Assembly: GCA_016931935.1 (NCBI GenBank)
Contig: JAFGDW010000160.1
Coordinates: 2,918-66,917, forward strand
Length of the DNA stretch: 64,000 nucleotides
Reading direction: 5' to 3'
Source of the DNA: Candidatus Zhuqueibacterota bacterium
Lineage (GTDB): Bacteria; Zhuqueibacterota; Zhuqueibacteria; Thermofontimicrobiales; Thiofontviventaceae
Position numbers and translations under genes: made by a program. Shown here one piece after another: positions 9,900 to 21,500 of this stretch. Position 1 is the stretch's first letter; every line of letters starts with the position of its first letter. The notes under the pieces were generated by a model, which was not told where the DNA came from, ran no database searches, and saw only the letters and a list, made by a program, of their open reading frames with translations.

Positions 9900-10991
9900 T
9901 TACTTCTTCTTTTCATCCGGTTTCGGCAGTTTAGTCGGCAGTTCATCAAACCATTTGAATATAGTGTCGTACTTGCTCTTTGCCACTTTATAAATAAGGC
10001 CATCATTCTGAACATACATGTAATAACCTTTGTCTTTCTCAAATTCTTTGCCGAACAGGACGGTCACTCGCTCATTATTTTCGCTTTTTTCCAAAACGAG
10101 CGCATTGCTCGCGCGATCCACGCCATATTTAGCGGGCTTACCCATGTCGTTCAACGATGCGCCAACACCATCGACAACTTCCTGAGTGTAAATACTGGTC
10201 ACATCGCGCAGGAAATTTTCCACTTCTTTTTGATCCAACGGAGTCTGTTTTTCACCTTTCAGTAACACCCATTCGTATTCTTTCGCTTTGGGGGCAGCCT
10301 GCGTGGTGTCGTTTTCAACAACCGGAGCAGCTTCCTTCTCTACTTTTTGAATAACCATCTCTTTGCGGTTTTTAACCAGGCCGGCGAGATGTAGCTTTGC
10401 TTTATCTTCCTTGATTGCATTGAGATCGATAAATGATTTTGTATTGAAATGTGAAAGCGTATCCAGAGAACCATTTACACCAAGCGCCGACAGAATGTTT
10501 TTGTCGACCCGGTATACTTTTTCTTTATCGCCAAAACGGACAAAACCTGAGTTGAAATCTTCGCCGCGCTTCCCAATAATCAGGTTCACCAAAGGTTTCT
10601 CTGCCTGATCTTTCAGCAGCAAATGAATTCCCATATTGTCGGTTATTTCAAACATCTCCTGATGTTTTGGATCGTCCGTTGCGACTTTACCGGTCATTTC
10701 CAGCACATCATCGAGCAGGCGGTTCATGTTATATTCACGCACTTTGGCGTTGAACGTCGTAGGAGTCCGCCACTGATTATCTTCCTGCTTGGTGAATTCC
10801 ATGCGAATTTCTTTTCCGCCGGTTTCTTTGTACACTTCAACATCAGCAACTGCATCTTTTGAAACACCAAATACCACTGTCTGAACAATTTCATCAATAT
10901 TGACAGTCTCAATATGTGGTTTGGTGACAAAATAGACAAGCAGGAGGACGACAAACACGCCCGCCAGAATATATAGTTGTTTTTCCTTCAT
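9900..10991 (-). CDS. DUF4340-type periplasmic accessory protein of Gld-like ABC system
   Basis: N-terminal TM anchor, two repeated units (W..A..V..LL..; LIIGK..FVR..VY.V), position after GldG-like gene. Confidence 0.7.
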   Translation of the reverse strand: MKEKQLYILAGVFVVLLLVYFVTKPHIETVNIDEIVQTVVFGVSKDAVADVEVYKETGGKEIRMEFTKQEDNQWRTPTTFNAKVREYNMNRLLDDVLEMTGKVATDDPKHQEMFEITDNMGIHLLLKDQAEKPLVNLIIGKRGEDFNSGFVRFGDKEKVYRVDKNILSALGVNGSLDTLSHFNTKSFIDLNAIKEDKAKLHLAGLVKNRKEMVIQKVEKEAAPVVENDTTQAAPKAKEYEWVLLKGEKQTPLDQKEVENFLRDVTSIYTQEVVDGVGASLNDMGKPAKYGVDRASNALVLEKSENNERVTVLFGKEFEKDKGYYMYVQNDGLIYKVAKSKYDTIFKWFDELPTKLPKPDEKKK

Positions 10992-11090
10992 TGTCTATAT
11001 CCTCTTCACTTTTAAAGTTACCATCAGCAGGGCGCCAATTGGCAAATTCGGGCTGACAGTTGTAACATAATCGAAAATCTGTTTTGTTCT

Positions 11091-11202
11091 GTATCCACTC
11101 AATACTAGATGGTATTGTTGGTCCGCCGCAGCGGCGCGCCGCCGCCGTTCGCGGCACGAACGGTGTCGAAGGGTGCATTCCACCAAAATATTGAATGGAT
11201 AT
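11091..11202. mobile_element. MITE family A, copy 3 (inside operon)
   Basis: GTATCCACTCAATA...TATTGAATGGATAT; flanks TTTGTTCT/TTCGTTCT (7/8); interior CCGCCGCAGCGGCG..CACGAACGGTGTCGAAG shared with copy 1. Confidence 0.8.
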
Positions 11203-11210
11203 TTCGTTCT

Positions 11211-13007
11211 TTACTTTCGGCGTTTAATGTTCAGATAGATACCGGCGAAAATAAATACTAATGCCGGGAACCAAATGACAAACGCTTTAGTCACTGCTTT
11301 ACCTGCCGGACTGGTTTCTTTAACGCGGCGAGCGACGATGTTTTTAGAACGTATGTGAATCAGGTCGTCACCGAGCGTTAGTGCATCAACACTGTTTAGC
11401 AACAACGATTTATGACTATCGACTGCGCCGATGACGTCATTTTTAAACATATTCGCGTTTCCGTAACAGATAATTTTATTCGGCTTGGCCGGACCTTCAA
11501 TTTTTTCTGCACTGGTTTCAGGAGCGGGCTCTTCATCACTACCCGGGGTTGCCGGCCAAGCTGGGGCATCCTTGTCCAGGTTGGGTGATGCAAATTTGCC
11601 TTCGAGAAACACTCCCAGTGGCTGATGTTTCAAATATGCATCCGATGCCGGCTCTGATGTGTTTACCGGTGCATAGCCGAAACTTTCGGTCGTCCAGCTA
11701 TAATTGCTCGATGTGAAGAGAGTTGTTTCTTGCAGCGTGTCTTTTTTGACGATTTCATCCAAAATATTCAGATTACTGCCGTACAGGTAAAACAGCTCAC
11801 TAATTTTATTGGAAATCGAAACATTGGTATTAATGTCTTCCGCATTTATTTTTATGATTACCGGCTTGGTGACAGGCTCAAACGCTTGTTCCTGCACCTG
11901 GAAAATACCCATGCGCCGTGTTCTGTAAGTTGGAATTTGAATATAGGCAGAGCTGCGGTCCATAAAAATTTTAGCGCCGATTTCCACGCCATATGAACGA
12001 AGCAATTTATTTAAATTCACCTGGGTTGGCATGGCCATCACATCAAACGTGCCCGGCGCTCCGCCACGGGATGGCATAATTTGATAATTATAAGATTGAC
12101 CGGCAACTATCAATCTAACGCCATCGTGAACCAGACGATCGATTTCGTACAATTGCCGATCGTTCAATGGCTGATCTGCCATCACCACCATTGTCTGGAT
12201 ATCATCTGGAATTGGGTCATCGGCTTTGATGTTGGTACGGACAACATTATAACCGGCGTTTTGCAGCAATTCAACAGCAGATGTATACTGGTCAGGTGGA
12301 CGCTGTTGCATAAATTGTTGCCGATACTGTGGCGGCATTTCCGGATCGCTGGGGAAGAACCCAATTTTCGGTTGTTTGTTGGAAATCAATTTATAAATAC
12401 GGGCCATAATTTCATATTCAAGATTTCCAAACATTTCCGGTCGCACCTGATCAATCACATCTTCCTTACGATCAAGATATGATAACACAATCGATGAATA
12501 AATCCGTTTCACCGCAAACTCGTCACGTTCGGTACTTTGCACTCCAAATGGCGCGACGCCTTTCTCATAGAGTTTTTCGGCGATTTTCTTCCGATCGGGT
12601 TTGGGCTTTTGCTGCTGCATGATGTCCGATTCTTTAGCTTCTTCTTTATCCGCCTCAACGGCTTCTTTTTCCTCTTCTGCTGAAGGGTCGAATACAGTAT
12701 ATGTTAATTTTCCAGCAGAGGCAAGCTGAAGTTCTTTTAATTTATCAATGACATCACGTTCGAGATTTTTCCAAGTCGTCGGCATTTTTTCGGATGACGA
12801 GACGTAGTAAGTTAGCTCAATCGGCGCTTCCAGTTGCGAGAGAATCTTTTTGACCGAAGGCGATAATTTATAAACCTGTTCGGCGGTTAAATCGAATCGC
12901 CCGAAATTCAGGTTATTAAATATCATGTTGACGAGAATCGCAATTCCTGACAACAGTACGGCGCCGATGATGAAGGTCCGAATAAATTGCTGTTTCAAGT
13001 CTTTCAT
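11211..13007 (-). CDS. GldG-family ABC transporter auxiliary protein
   Basis: RFDLTAEQVYKLSPSVKKIL, LEYEIMARIYKL, LLLNSVDALTLGDDLIHIRSK; N- and C-terminal TM helices. Confidence 0.85.
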   Translation of the reverse strand: MKDLKQQFIRTFIIGAVLLSGIAILVNMIFNNLNFGRFDLTAEQVYKLSPSVKKILSQLEAPIELTYYVSSSEKMPTTWKNLERDVIDKLKELQLASAGKLTYTVFDPSAEEEKEAVEADKEEAKESDIMQQQKPKPDRKKIAEKLYEKGVAPFGVQSTERDEFAVKRIYSSIVLSYLDRKEDVIDQVRPEMFGNLEYEIMARIYKLISNKQPKIGFFPSDPEMPPQYRQQFMQQRPPDQYTSAVELLQNAGYNVVRTNIKADDPIPDDIQTMVVMADQPLNDRQLYEIDRLVHDGVRLIVAGQSYNYQIMPSRGGAPGTFDVMAMPTQVNLNKLLRSYGVEIGAKIFMDRSSAYIQIPTYRTRRMGIFQVQEQAFEPVTKPVIIKINAEDINTNVSISNKISELFYLYGSNLNILDEIVKKDTLQETTLFTSSNYSWTTESFGYAPVNTSEPASDAYLKHQPLGVFLEGKFASPNLDKDAPAWPATPGSDEEPAPETSAEKIEGPAKPNKIICYGNANMFKNDVIGAVDSHKSLLLNSVDALTLGDDLIHIRSKNIVARRVKETSPAGKAVTKAFVIWFPALVFIFAGIYLNIKRRK

Positions 13008-13009
13008 GG

Positions 13010-13738
13010 CTAGTATTTTCTCCCATCTAGGTATTTTATATTTAACGTTAAAAATAATCCGGTGAATGACAGAAAGTAGATAATGCTTTTCAAATCAATC
13101 ACGCCGCGCTCGATGTCATTCAGGTGACGGCTGACGCCGACATAGCTGTACAGGAATTCCCCCAGGCCCGGTAACCAGCCATCAATAACCATCGGCACAT
13201 AACGCCAGCCAATCAGAGCCAGAAAACCGCAGGCAAGGCTGGTGATAATTAATGAGACGATCTGATCGTCAAAAAAGGCGGAGATAAAAATACCCACGGC
13301 CAGGAAAAACGCTCCTAACAAAATGGAACCGAAATATCCGCCAAAAATCGGACCGAAATCCGGATGTCCCAGAAACATCAGTACAATCGGAATAGTAAGC
13401 GTACCAGCCAGGGCGATCAGATAAAATGCCACACTGGCAAAATATTTACCCAATACCACATGCTCTACTTTCATTGGCAGCGTCAGCAGCAATTGAATGG
13501 TGCCGAGTTTCTTCTCTTCTGACCATAGCCGCATCGATATTGCAGGGATGAAAATCAGCGCCAGTACGATCGGTAGGGTTGAGAAGAATTCACGCATATC
13601 AGCATTGCCGAAAAAGAAAAAGTGGAACATATACAGCCCGCAATTCAGCAAAATAAAAATAACACTGAATACATAGGCGATTGGGGAGTAGAAATAGGCA
13701 TTAAATTCGCGTCGGAAAATTATCATGATATCTTTCAT
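13010..13738 (-). CDS. GldF-like ABC-2 permease
   Basis: IFRREFNAYFYSPIAY, PAISMRLWSEEKKLGTIQLLLTLP, six TM segments. Confidence 0.9.
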   Translation of the reverse strand: MKDIMIIFRREFNAYFYSPIAYVFSVIFILLNCGLYMFHFFFFGNADMREFFSTLPIVLALIFIPAISMRLWSEEKKLGTIQLLLTLPMKVEHVVLGKYFASVAFYLIALAGTLTIPIVLMFLGHPDFGPIFGGYFGSILLGAFFLAVGIFISAFFDDQIVSLIITSLACGFLALIGWRYVPMVIDGWLPGLGEFLYSYVGVSRHLNDIERGVIDLKSIIYFLSFTGLFLTLNIKYLDGRKY

Positions 13739-14694
13739 GCAATACCTCCTTCGACATGATCCGATCCGCCTTCCGTAAGCATAATAAATGAAGCTTCCAG
13801 TGACATTTTTTCGGGATGGAGTTCAAGTATATCCCAACCCGCATCGCGGATAACCTGATTCAATTCGGGCAAAATGTCTTTTGACGGATTGTAGAAAAGT
13901 TGACAGCTAATAACGCCTCGACCGGCAGATTCGGTGGATTGGATTTCATCAATATCTTTTATCGCTTTAATTTTGCTATCGAATTCTTTCTTCGATGCTT
14001 TAACCGACAATGCAATTGTGCGGCGATCCGCCAGCCTGGCTTGTAATTGATCGAATGTTCCATCAGCCACAAGCTTTCCCTTGTTGATCACAAGGATTCG
14101 ATCGGAAATAGTAGCTACTTCCGATAATATATGAGTGCTAAAAATAATTGTTTTATCATGGGCGAGTTCTCTAATTAGCTTGCGGATTCCAATAATTTGG
14201 TGTGGATCGAGACCAGAAGTTGGCTCATCGAGAATCAAAACGTCGGGATCGTGGATAAGCGCTTGTGCTAAGCACGTACGTTGCTTGTAACCTTTGGAGA
14301 GAATACCGATTTTTTTCTTCATTACGTTTTCCAGGCCACACGCTTCAATAACCCAGTCGAGACGTTTAGACAATGTACCATTCAGATGTCTGGCTTCCCC
14401 AATAAATTGTAGGTATTCGGAAACCAGCATATCGGAATAAAGGGGTACGGTTTCGGGCAGATACCCGATCATTTTACGGACTTCATGTGGATCTTCCAGA
14501 ACATCATGTCCGCCAATGATCGCTGTTCCTGAAGTCGGAGCAGTGAACGTTGTGATTATTTTCATCGCTGTTGTTTTGCCGGCTCCATTGGGGCCAACGA
14601 AACCAATAATCTCGCCTTTTTTAATTAAGCAAGATACATCATCGAGTGCAGCGAATGAGCCATAATGTTTGGATAAATTTTTTAGCTCAATCAT
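13735..14694 (-). CDS. GldA-like ABC transporter ATP-binding protein
   Basis: Walker A GPNGAGKTT, LSKGYKQR signature, ILDEPTSGLDP, STHIL. Confidence 0.92.
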   Translation of the reverse strand: MIELKNLSKHYGSFAALDDVSCLIKKGEIIGFVGPNGAGKTTAMKIITTFTAPTSGTAIIGGHDVLEDPHEVRKMIGYLPETVPLYSDMLVSEYLQFIGEARHLNGTLSKRLDWVIEACGLENVMKKKIGILSKGYKQRTCLAQALIHDPDVLILDEPTSGLDPHQIIGIRKLIRELAHDKTIIFSTHILSEVATISDRILVINKGKLVADGTFDQLQARLADRRTIALSVKASKKEFDSKIKAIKDIDEIQSTESAGRGVISCQLFYNPSKDILPELNQVIRDAGWDILELHPEKMSLEASFIMLTEGGSDHVEGGIA

Positions 14695-15099
14695 GTTCTT
14701 CCTCTTGTTACGGTTAATTAGTTAGTTCACATGATAGATTTGGATAGTTATCGGATAATGGAACGCAACAAAAACAAAGCCGGTTCCGTTAAATGAATTT
14801 AAAAAACAATCGAACAATATACAAAATTGTCATATGTAAATCAATGGAAAAATGAAGTTCTCGCTTGTTTCTTTGCGAAGAATTGTTAAATTAGCAATGA
14901 AAGCTATTTTATAACCAGGAACAAAAGGACAATATGTATTGTTCGATAATCGTTTTTATGTAGCATTAACCCCCAACTTTGCACGATAAAATATTAAGAC
15001 TGACCCATTAGCAGAATAGTTTTAGGCAATTCAAAATTTTTTTGAAAAAATTATTAATTCTTAATTAATCTTAATGACAATATATGTAAGGAGAACATA

Positions 15100-15873
15100 A
15101 TGGCTCATGTAATCGATTATAAGTTGATCGGCGATGATATGCAGTTGGTCGAAATTGAGCTCGATCCTGGTGAAGCAGTCCGTGCAGAAGCTGGCGCAAT
15201 GACATACATGGATCAGGGCATTCAAATGCAGACTGGTACCGGTGGTGGTTTATTTAAGGGACTAAAACGTATGGTTACGGGCGAAAGTTTTTTTATCACT
15301 TCATTTTTGAATGGCGCAAATAAAATACAACATGTTGCCTTCGGTGCACCCTATCCAGGGAAAATTATTCCCCTGGATTTAGGACAACTTGGCGGACAAT
15401 TTTTGTGTCAAAAAGATGCATTTTTATGTGCTGCAGAAGGCATTGAAATTGAAGTTGCGTTTACAAAACGTCTGGGCGCCGGGCTGTTTGGGGGAGAAGG
15501 ATTCATTCTCCAACGTTTGGAAGGGGATGGTCTGGCATTTGTTCATGCTGGCGGAACAATTATTCGAAAGGTGTTACAGCCCGGTGAACAACTTCGCGTA
15601 GATACCGGATGCCTCGTTGCATTTGCGCCGACCGTGGATTATGACATTAAATTTATTGGTGGTTTCAAAAATGCATTGTTTGGCGGTGAAGGCATGTTCC
15701 TGGTGCAATTAGCCGGCCCGGGCATCGTATATATTCAAACACTGCCATTTTCTCGCCTGGCTGACCGTATTTATGCCGCGGCGCGTTTTCAGCAGCGGGG
15801 TGAAAAAAACGGAATCGCCGGACTCGGCGGTAATCTGTTAGGTGGATTGTTGCAGGGCGACCGAAATTTTTAA
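15100..15873 (+). CDS. TIGR00266/AIM24 family protein
   Basis: GDDMQLVEIELDPGEAVRAEAGAM, GLFGGEGFILQRLEGDGLAFVHAGG, QTLPFSRLADRI; AAGGAG RBS. Confidence 0.9.
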   Translation: MAHVIDYKLIGDDMQLVEIELDPGEAVRAEAGAMTYMDQGIQMQTGTGGGLFKGLKRMVTGESFFITSFLNGANKIQHVAFGAPYPGKIIPLDLGQLGGQFLCQKDAFLCAAEGIEIEVAFTKRLGAGLFGGEGFILQRLEGDGLAFVHAGGTIIRKVLQPGEQLRVDTGCLVAFAPTVDYDIKFIGGFKNALFGGEGMFLVQLAGPGIVYIQTLPFSRLADRIYAAARFQQRGEKNGIAGLGGNLLGGLLQGDRNF

Positions 15874-15959
15874 GTATGAAGAATTCATCAATCGTTCGTC
15901 CTGCTATTAAGTGTGATATTGCTGTAATTTGAATTTACCTTTTTGCTTTGGTAGAATAG

Positions 15960-16000
15960 TTAATCGGCAGAATAATATGATCATTATTTTGCCGATTAAT
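15960..16000 (+). terminator. Hairpin (probable terminator)
   Basis: TTAATCGGCAGAATAAT..ATTATTTTGCCGATTAA inverted repeat downstream of the AIM24 gene. Confidence 0.5.
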
Positions 16001-16333
16001 GTATCCTTCTAAAATAATCATCCGACTCAAACCTGTCTCAATTTTCGTATCACGTGTGTACACTTTCTCTACATTTTAACACCCTTAAAAATTGTTTTTA
16101 GGTACCTATTTCCAGTCTGAAACACTCAATCCAATAAGATTCAGATTTATATATTAATTATTAGTCATTTCAAAAACTTTTTATTAACAATGGTATGATA
16201 TTTGAATTGCAGCTTCCCAACACGGATATAGGTGAAAATTGTTCGGATTTTGTACACCTTCCTGTAAAAGAATTCGGCAAAATTGGGGGCTTGACGTTAT
16301 ATTTAGTAATCATTAAAGCGTGAGGGTGAGTTA

Positions 16334-17056
16334 ATGAAGCAATATCGAAATTTTATGTTTGTTGTCTTGCTGTTTGTCGGATTTTCACTTTATTCTAACC
16401 CTGCAGTTCAAGCCAACCAGTTAACCGTTGCAGTTCTGGATTTTAAAGACAATTCTCCGTTCCCATCAGCAGATTTAAAACCGATGGAACAGGGTTTGGC
16501 AAATATGATGATCACTACATTCGCACAAATAAGCGGATTGAAGGTAATTGAGCGTAGCCAACTGCAAGCCCTGTTCGATGAAATGGCGCTCGGCCAATCC
16601 GGCATGCTGGATGAGCAAACTGCGCAACAAGTCGGTAAGCTCAGCGGGGCTCAATTTCTGGTCTTCGGCAGCTTCATGAAAGGCATGAAAGACGATATTC
16701 GAATTGACGTCCGAATTGTCAAGACGGAAACCGGTGTTACGGTGAAAGCCGAGGAAAGCAGCGGAAAACTAAAAGACATTTTAAAGTTGATGAGCAAACT
16801 GGAAGAGAAAATCGCCACCGATTTGGATGTAAAGTTTACTGAACATGATAAAGAAGTAATGAAAGATTTGGACGGTGGTTGTTCGCAGGAACTCGTCATG
16901 AAATATTTTCAGGCGGTGGATTTGATTGATTCGAAACAATATCGTAAAGCCGATGCATTACTGGGGGAGATAATAAAAGAATGTCCGAAATTTAAGCGGG
17001 CAGTTGTTACCCGCCGGCACATGCGTGCACGATTGAAAGAAGCTTTGCAGAAATAG
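16334..17056 (+). CDS. Exported CsgG/FlgO-like domain protein
   Basis: Signal peptide; VAVLDFKD..GLANMMIT..LKVIERSQLQALFDEMALGQSG..QVGKLSGAQFLVFGSF..RIDVRIVKTETG. Confidence 0.8.
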   Translation: MKQYRNFMFVVLLFVGFSLYSNPAVQANQLTVAVLDFKDNSPFPSADLKPMEQGLANMMITTFAQISGLKVIERSQLQALFDEMALGQSGMLDEQTAQQVGKLSGAQFLVFGSFMKGMKDDIRIDVRIVKTETGVTVKAEESSGKLKDILKLMSKLEEKIATDLDVKFTEHDKEVMKDLDGGCSQELVMKYFQAVDLIDSKQYRKADALLGEIIKECPKFKRAVVTRRHMRARLKEALQK

Positions 17057-17207
17057 TGGAATTAGTAAATAATACAATTGGTGAAATAATTACAAAAGAA
17101 AAACTGCTCTTAATTCATAAACAAAAAAAGTTAGTCTGGAACTTTTCCTTTTAAAAAACCTATCAAGCGTGACCAAACCTTAGCTATTTAATAGAAGAGA
17201 AAGGCCC

Positions 17208-18569
17208 ATGAAAAAAACAAAACAAGTTCGATGGCTCCTGATCGGGATGCTTTGCTGGATGATGGCCGGTTGTGGGGCGATGAATGTTCAACAGGGGGGG
17301 CTGAATTCTCAGTACGATATCAGTCAGTTACAATCCCGGATTAAGCGAAATCCGAAGGATTTTCAGGCATTGCGTGATCTTGGAGTTGCCAGTTACGAAC
17401 GCAATCAATTCAAGCAGGCCAGGAAATTTCTGATTCGGGCATTTAAGCTTAATCCGTCTGATCCACAAACCATGCTATATTTGGGTTTATCGCTGGAAGC
17501 TGAAAAACTTCCAAAACTTGCTCATCGTATTTATCGCCGCTATCGTAACGTGCCGGCAAATTCCGAATATCGGGCAATGATTCAGGCACGTTATGATTTG
17601 CTCTCACGTGATATGGCAAAACTTGATATGAAAGCTGCACTGGCTAATGAAAGTCAACTTGCCACAAAGCAGCTCATGCCGAATGCAGTTGCTGTTTTCC
17701 CTCTCAACCAGGTTGATGGTTCCGATGAATACAAACCGTTAGGGACTGGCATTAGCGAAATGATAATTACCGATCTTAGCCAGGTGCCTGATTTGAGACT
17801 GGTTGAACGCATCCGATTAAATGCACTCATGGAAGAGATGTCGTTAGCACAGACCGGCATGATCGATGTAGATACTGCTCCACGCCTGGGGCATTTGGTA
17901 AGCGCCGGACGCGTGGTTAACGGTAACTACTCAGTATCGGGCAGTAACCATGTCGAACTGGATGTTTCGTTTTGGGATGTAATGAAGGGACAACAACCTG
18001 CTGTTAATAGCAAAACTGACGTGTTGCAGAATATTTTCCTGCTCGAAAAAGATATTGTCTTCAATATCATCGATGATATGGGAGTCGAGTTAACACCCGA
18101 GCAACGTGCTAAAATACAATATATTCCAACCAAAAATTTGCATGCGTTTATCGCCTACAGTATGGGACTTGAACTGGAAGACTCCGGCCAGTTTGAAGCA
18201 GCCGCTCAATATTTCGAAAAAGCAGCGAAAATAGATCCACAGTTTAAAAAAGCGAGTGCAAGGGCACAGTCAAGCCGTAGCATGGCTGCAATGCAGGGAC
18301 CACGCCCGAATCTTGCCCGGTTCGCACAAAGCAGAGGAGGCTATAATCGTGCAAATGTATTTGCACCTACTGGTGTAGATGGCATTGGTCCTGTATCGCT
18401 GAATTTGATGCAGCAACGGTTACAAAATTTATCCTTGAATATTGGTTCGAACTTCATCCCCGGTCAGGATACACGAAAATCAGCAGAAGAAGCTGAAACT
18501 TCGGGTGTTCCTGTGTACAATGCCTTGCCATTGCCACCGGCACCACCATCAATACCAAATCGAGACTAG
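17208..18569 (+). CDS. Lipoprotein with TPR repeats and CsgG/FlgO-like domain, Pro-rich C-terminus
   Basis: Lipobox MAGC; TPRs (ALRDLGVASY..AFKLNPSD; FEKAAKIDPQF); AVAVFPL..LRLVERIRLNALMEEMSL; ends LPLPPAPPSIPNRD. Confidence 0.8.
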   Translation: MKKTKQVRWLLIGMLCWMMAGCGAMNVQQGGLNSQYDISQLQSRIKRNPKDFQALRDLGVASYERNQFKQARKFLIRAFKLNPSDPQTMLYLGLSLEAEKLPKLAHRIYRRYRNVPANSEYRAMIQARYDLLSRDMAKLDMKAALANESQLATKQLMPNAVAVFPLNQVDGSDEYKPLGTGISEMIITDLSQVPDLRLVERIRLNALMEEMSLAQTGMIDVDTAPRLGHLVSAGRVVNGNYSVSGSNHVELDVSFWDVMKGQQPAVNSKTDVLQNIFLLEKDIVFNIIDDMGVELTPEQRAKIQYIPTKNLHAFIAYSMGLELEDSGQFEAAAQYFEKAAKIDPQFKKASARAQSSRSMAAMQGPRPNLARFAQSRGGYNRANVFAPTGVDGIGPVSLNLMQQRLQNLSLNIGSNFIPGQDTRKSAEEAETSGVPVYNALPLPPAPPSIPNRD

Positions 18570-18581
18570 GAGACAAAACGC

Positions 18582-21500
18582 ATGAAGCGATTTTTACATA
18601 TATGGGGCGGGATATTGTTGGCTATCCTTTCCGTTTCGAATTTGTTCGCACAACTTCCGGATATGCAGGACCTTGGTGTCTGGAACGGCCGTTGTCAAAC
18701 AGTTGCCGTTCAGGGAGATAGGGCAGTAGCCGGAAGCGATAGTTTTTTAACCGTTCTGAATTTAAAACAAACGCCTGAATTTGAAGTTTTGGCTGAAGTC
18801 AATTTGCATAGTGTTATTGAGCATGTTCAGGTTCTTGATACATTGGTATATGCAGCGCTTGGTGATTCCGGTATGCAAATTTATACTATTAAAGACCTGG
18901 CAAACATCAGAGAAATTGGTCGGTTTAGTCGTTCACGCGCACATCACATTCGTGTGATCGACAATATTGCTTATGTAGCTGCAATGAATGATGGTCTGCG
19001 CATTGTGGATGTTAGTAATCCGGCAGCGCCAAACGAGCTGGGAAATTATATCCCGGAAACTGAAATTTATGATGTTTCTATCGTTGGCAACACGGCATTC
19101 CTGGCTGCCGGGTATGTGGGAATGTATGCTGTCGATATTACGTATAAAGAAACCCCGTCATATATTAGTGTGCATTACACCCCCGGTGATGCTTATGAAG
19201 TAGAGGTTCTTAACACTCGCGCATATATTGCAAACACCTTTGGCGGTTTACGGATAGTCGACGTCAGCGCTCCTGGTAATATGTTGGAATTAGGTTTTTA
19301 TGAAGGTCCTAAAAATGCTACAAGTCTTAAGGTGTTCGACCGTTATGCATTTGTAACCAGTGTGGATTCAGGACTGTTTGTGATTGATACAAGTAATCCG
19401 GCTGCTCCGTCTGAAGTTATGTTTGTACCAACGGACAGCAGCGCATCATTCGTGCACTGGGCGGATCATCGGATATTTGTTGCGGATGGCGGTGGTGGAT
19501 TACATGCTATGCGCCTGATGGCTAACGCCCAACTGATTCCATCTGTACTTAATTTTCAGGAAACCTATCTGACAAACTCGGATATTATTCTACAGAAGAT
19601 TAAAAATACATCCCAATTTCATCTGGTTTTGGATAGCGTACAAATTGAAGGTGCGAATAGCGATCAATTCGCTGTTGGAAATTTCCCCGGAGCGAATACT
19701 GTTATTAATCCCGGTGATTCATTATCGTTGAATGTAATGTTTGAGCCAACGAATCAAGGACGTCAAGTTGCACAATTAAGACTCTTCTCAAACAGTATTG
19801 GCCCAGACGTGACTCAATTAGCAGGGCAGGGTATGTCCGACTACTGGACGATATACAATCAATCAAATTCATCTTTATTGATAAATAATTACTATGATAT
19901 TGATGTGGATGGTAATGGTCGGGTAATGGCTGTTGGACTCGGTGATGGCGCTGGCATCGCCGATTTAAACGGTACAACATGGATGATTTGGAATACTCAA
20001 AATTCGAACCTTGAAAATAATAATGTAATTTGTGTTGAAGCGGATCATGACCGAAATGTTTGGTGGTTCGGAACATCCGGTGGCGGATTGACGAGTTTCG
20101 ATGGCCAACAGTGGCAAACGTGGACGACAGCTACTGGTGGCACAATTCCCAATGATACCGTTACGGCGGTGTCAATCGATTCGCAACATCGTGTGTGGAT
20201 GGGATTTATTTCCGGTGATGTAGCTATGTTCAACCCGGATTCTGCTGTATGGCATATTTTAAATTCAGCCGACATTTTAGATTCACCCATTCAAACATTG
20301 GCAGTGAATCCGCTTAATGGTGTTGTATGTGTAGGAAGTCAGAATGGCGCCGCCCTTTTTACAGCTTTTGGACAAGCATGGCAGACTTTTACTACCAGCA
20401 ATTCAGGATTGCCAAATAATAATGTCATTGATATTGCGTACGGACCTGACGGCTACGCCTGGTTTGCTACATTTGGCGGCGGGGTTGCCGAATTTGATGG
20501 TATTCATTGGAATGTGTTTAATAAATTAACAAATGGAATTGCTTCCGATTCGGTAATGAGTGTTGAAATCGATGGTGGTAATAATGTCTGGCTCGGCCAT
20601 TTGTTCCATGGAATTACACTAATGGATAAGTTGGGCGACATACAAATTTTCAATGCATTCAATTCCGGGTTGCCGTTGAATGATGTGCGTACAATTGCAT
20701 TTGCCGATTCAGCCACAAAATGGATTGCTACCAATGGCGGTGGTATTGCACGCTATAACGAGTTGCGTGGCACGTTGGAACCTCACGTTTTAATCACCAG
20801 AAACTCTCTCAATTTTGGTGATCTTGGCGTTGGGCAAACTGGCAGGATGTCGACAATTGTAGTTAATACAGGCAATACAAAATTAAATATTTCCAGTGTA
20901 GTCCTGGATGGATTGAATCCGACGGATTTCACATTATTTCAAACGGATCCTTTTTCTGTTCCTTACGGAGGCACGTACCAACTGGATGTCCAATTCAATC
21001 CGTCTGCTGCCGGCCCAAAAACTGCGTTTATACAATTAAACGATAATGCTCCGAGCAATCCGGATATCATTAACTTGAGCGGTAATGCACGCGGCGGGGA
21101 AGTCACCTTCATTCCCGACTCAATAAACTTTGGAAATATTCCGCAGGATACGACAAAAACAGATACGTTTTACATTGTGAACAGTGGTCTTGCAGCGCTT
21201 AACATTAATTCCTTACAAGTGATTGAACCCAATCCGGGTATTTTCACAACGAATACACAATTTACTGCAACACTAAGTCCCGGTGATAGTGCAACAATCA
21301 GTGTCACATTTTCACCCCAATTCGCGGGTACTGTGAATGGAGCCGGAATTATTGTCAATTCGGATTCGTATATGGCTCCGGATACAATTCGTCTCTATGG
21401 CGCTGCTAATGCGCCGGAAACAGCATATTCACCGAATGGACTTAATTTTGGCCAGGTACTGGTGAATTCCGTAAAACTGGATTCAATTTATATACGAAAT

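Noticed and set aside
10995-11186. 63-aa and 89-aa ORFs between GldG-like and DUF4340 genes
   Set aside because: They run through the MITE sequence and are likely spurious.
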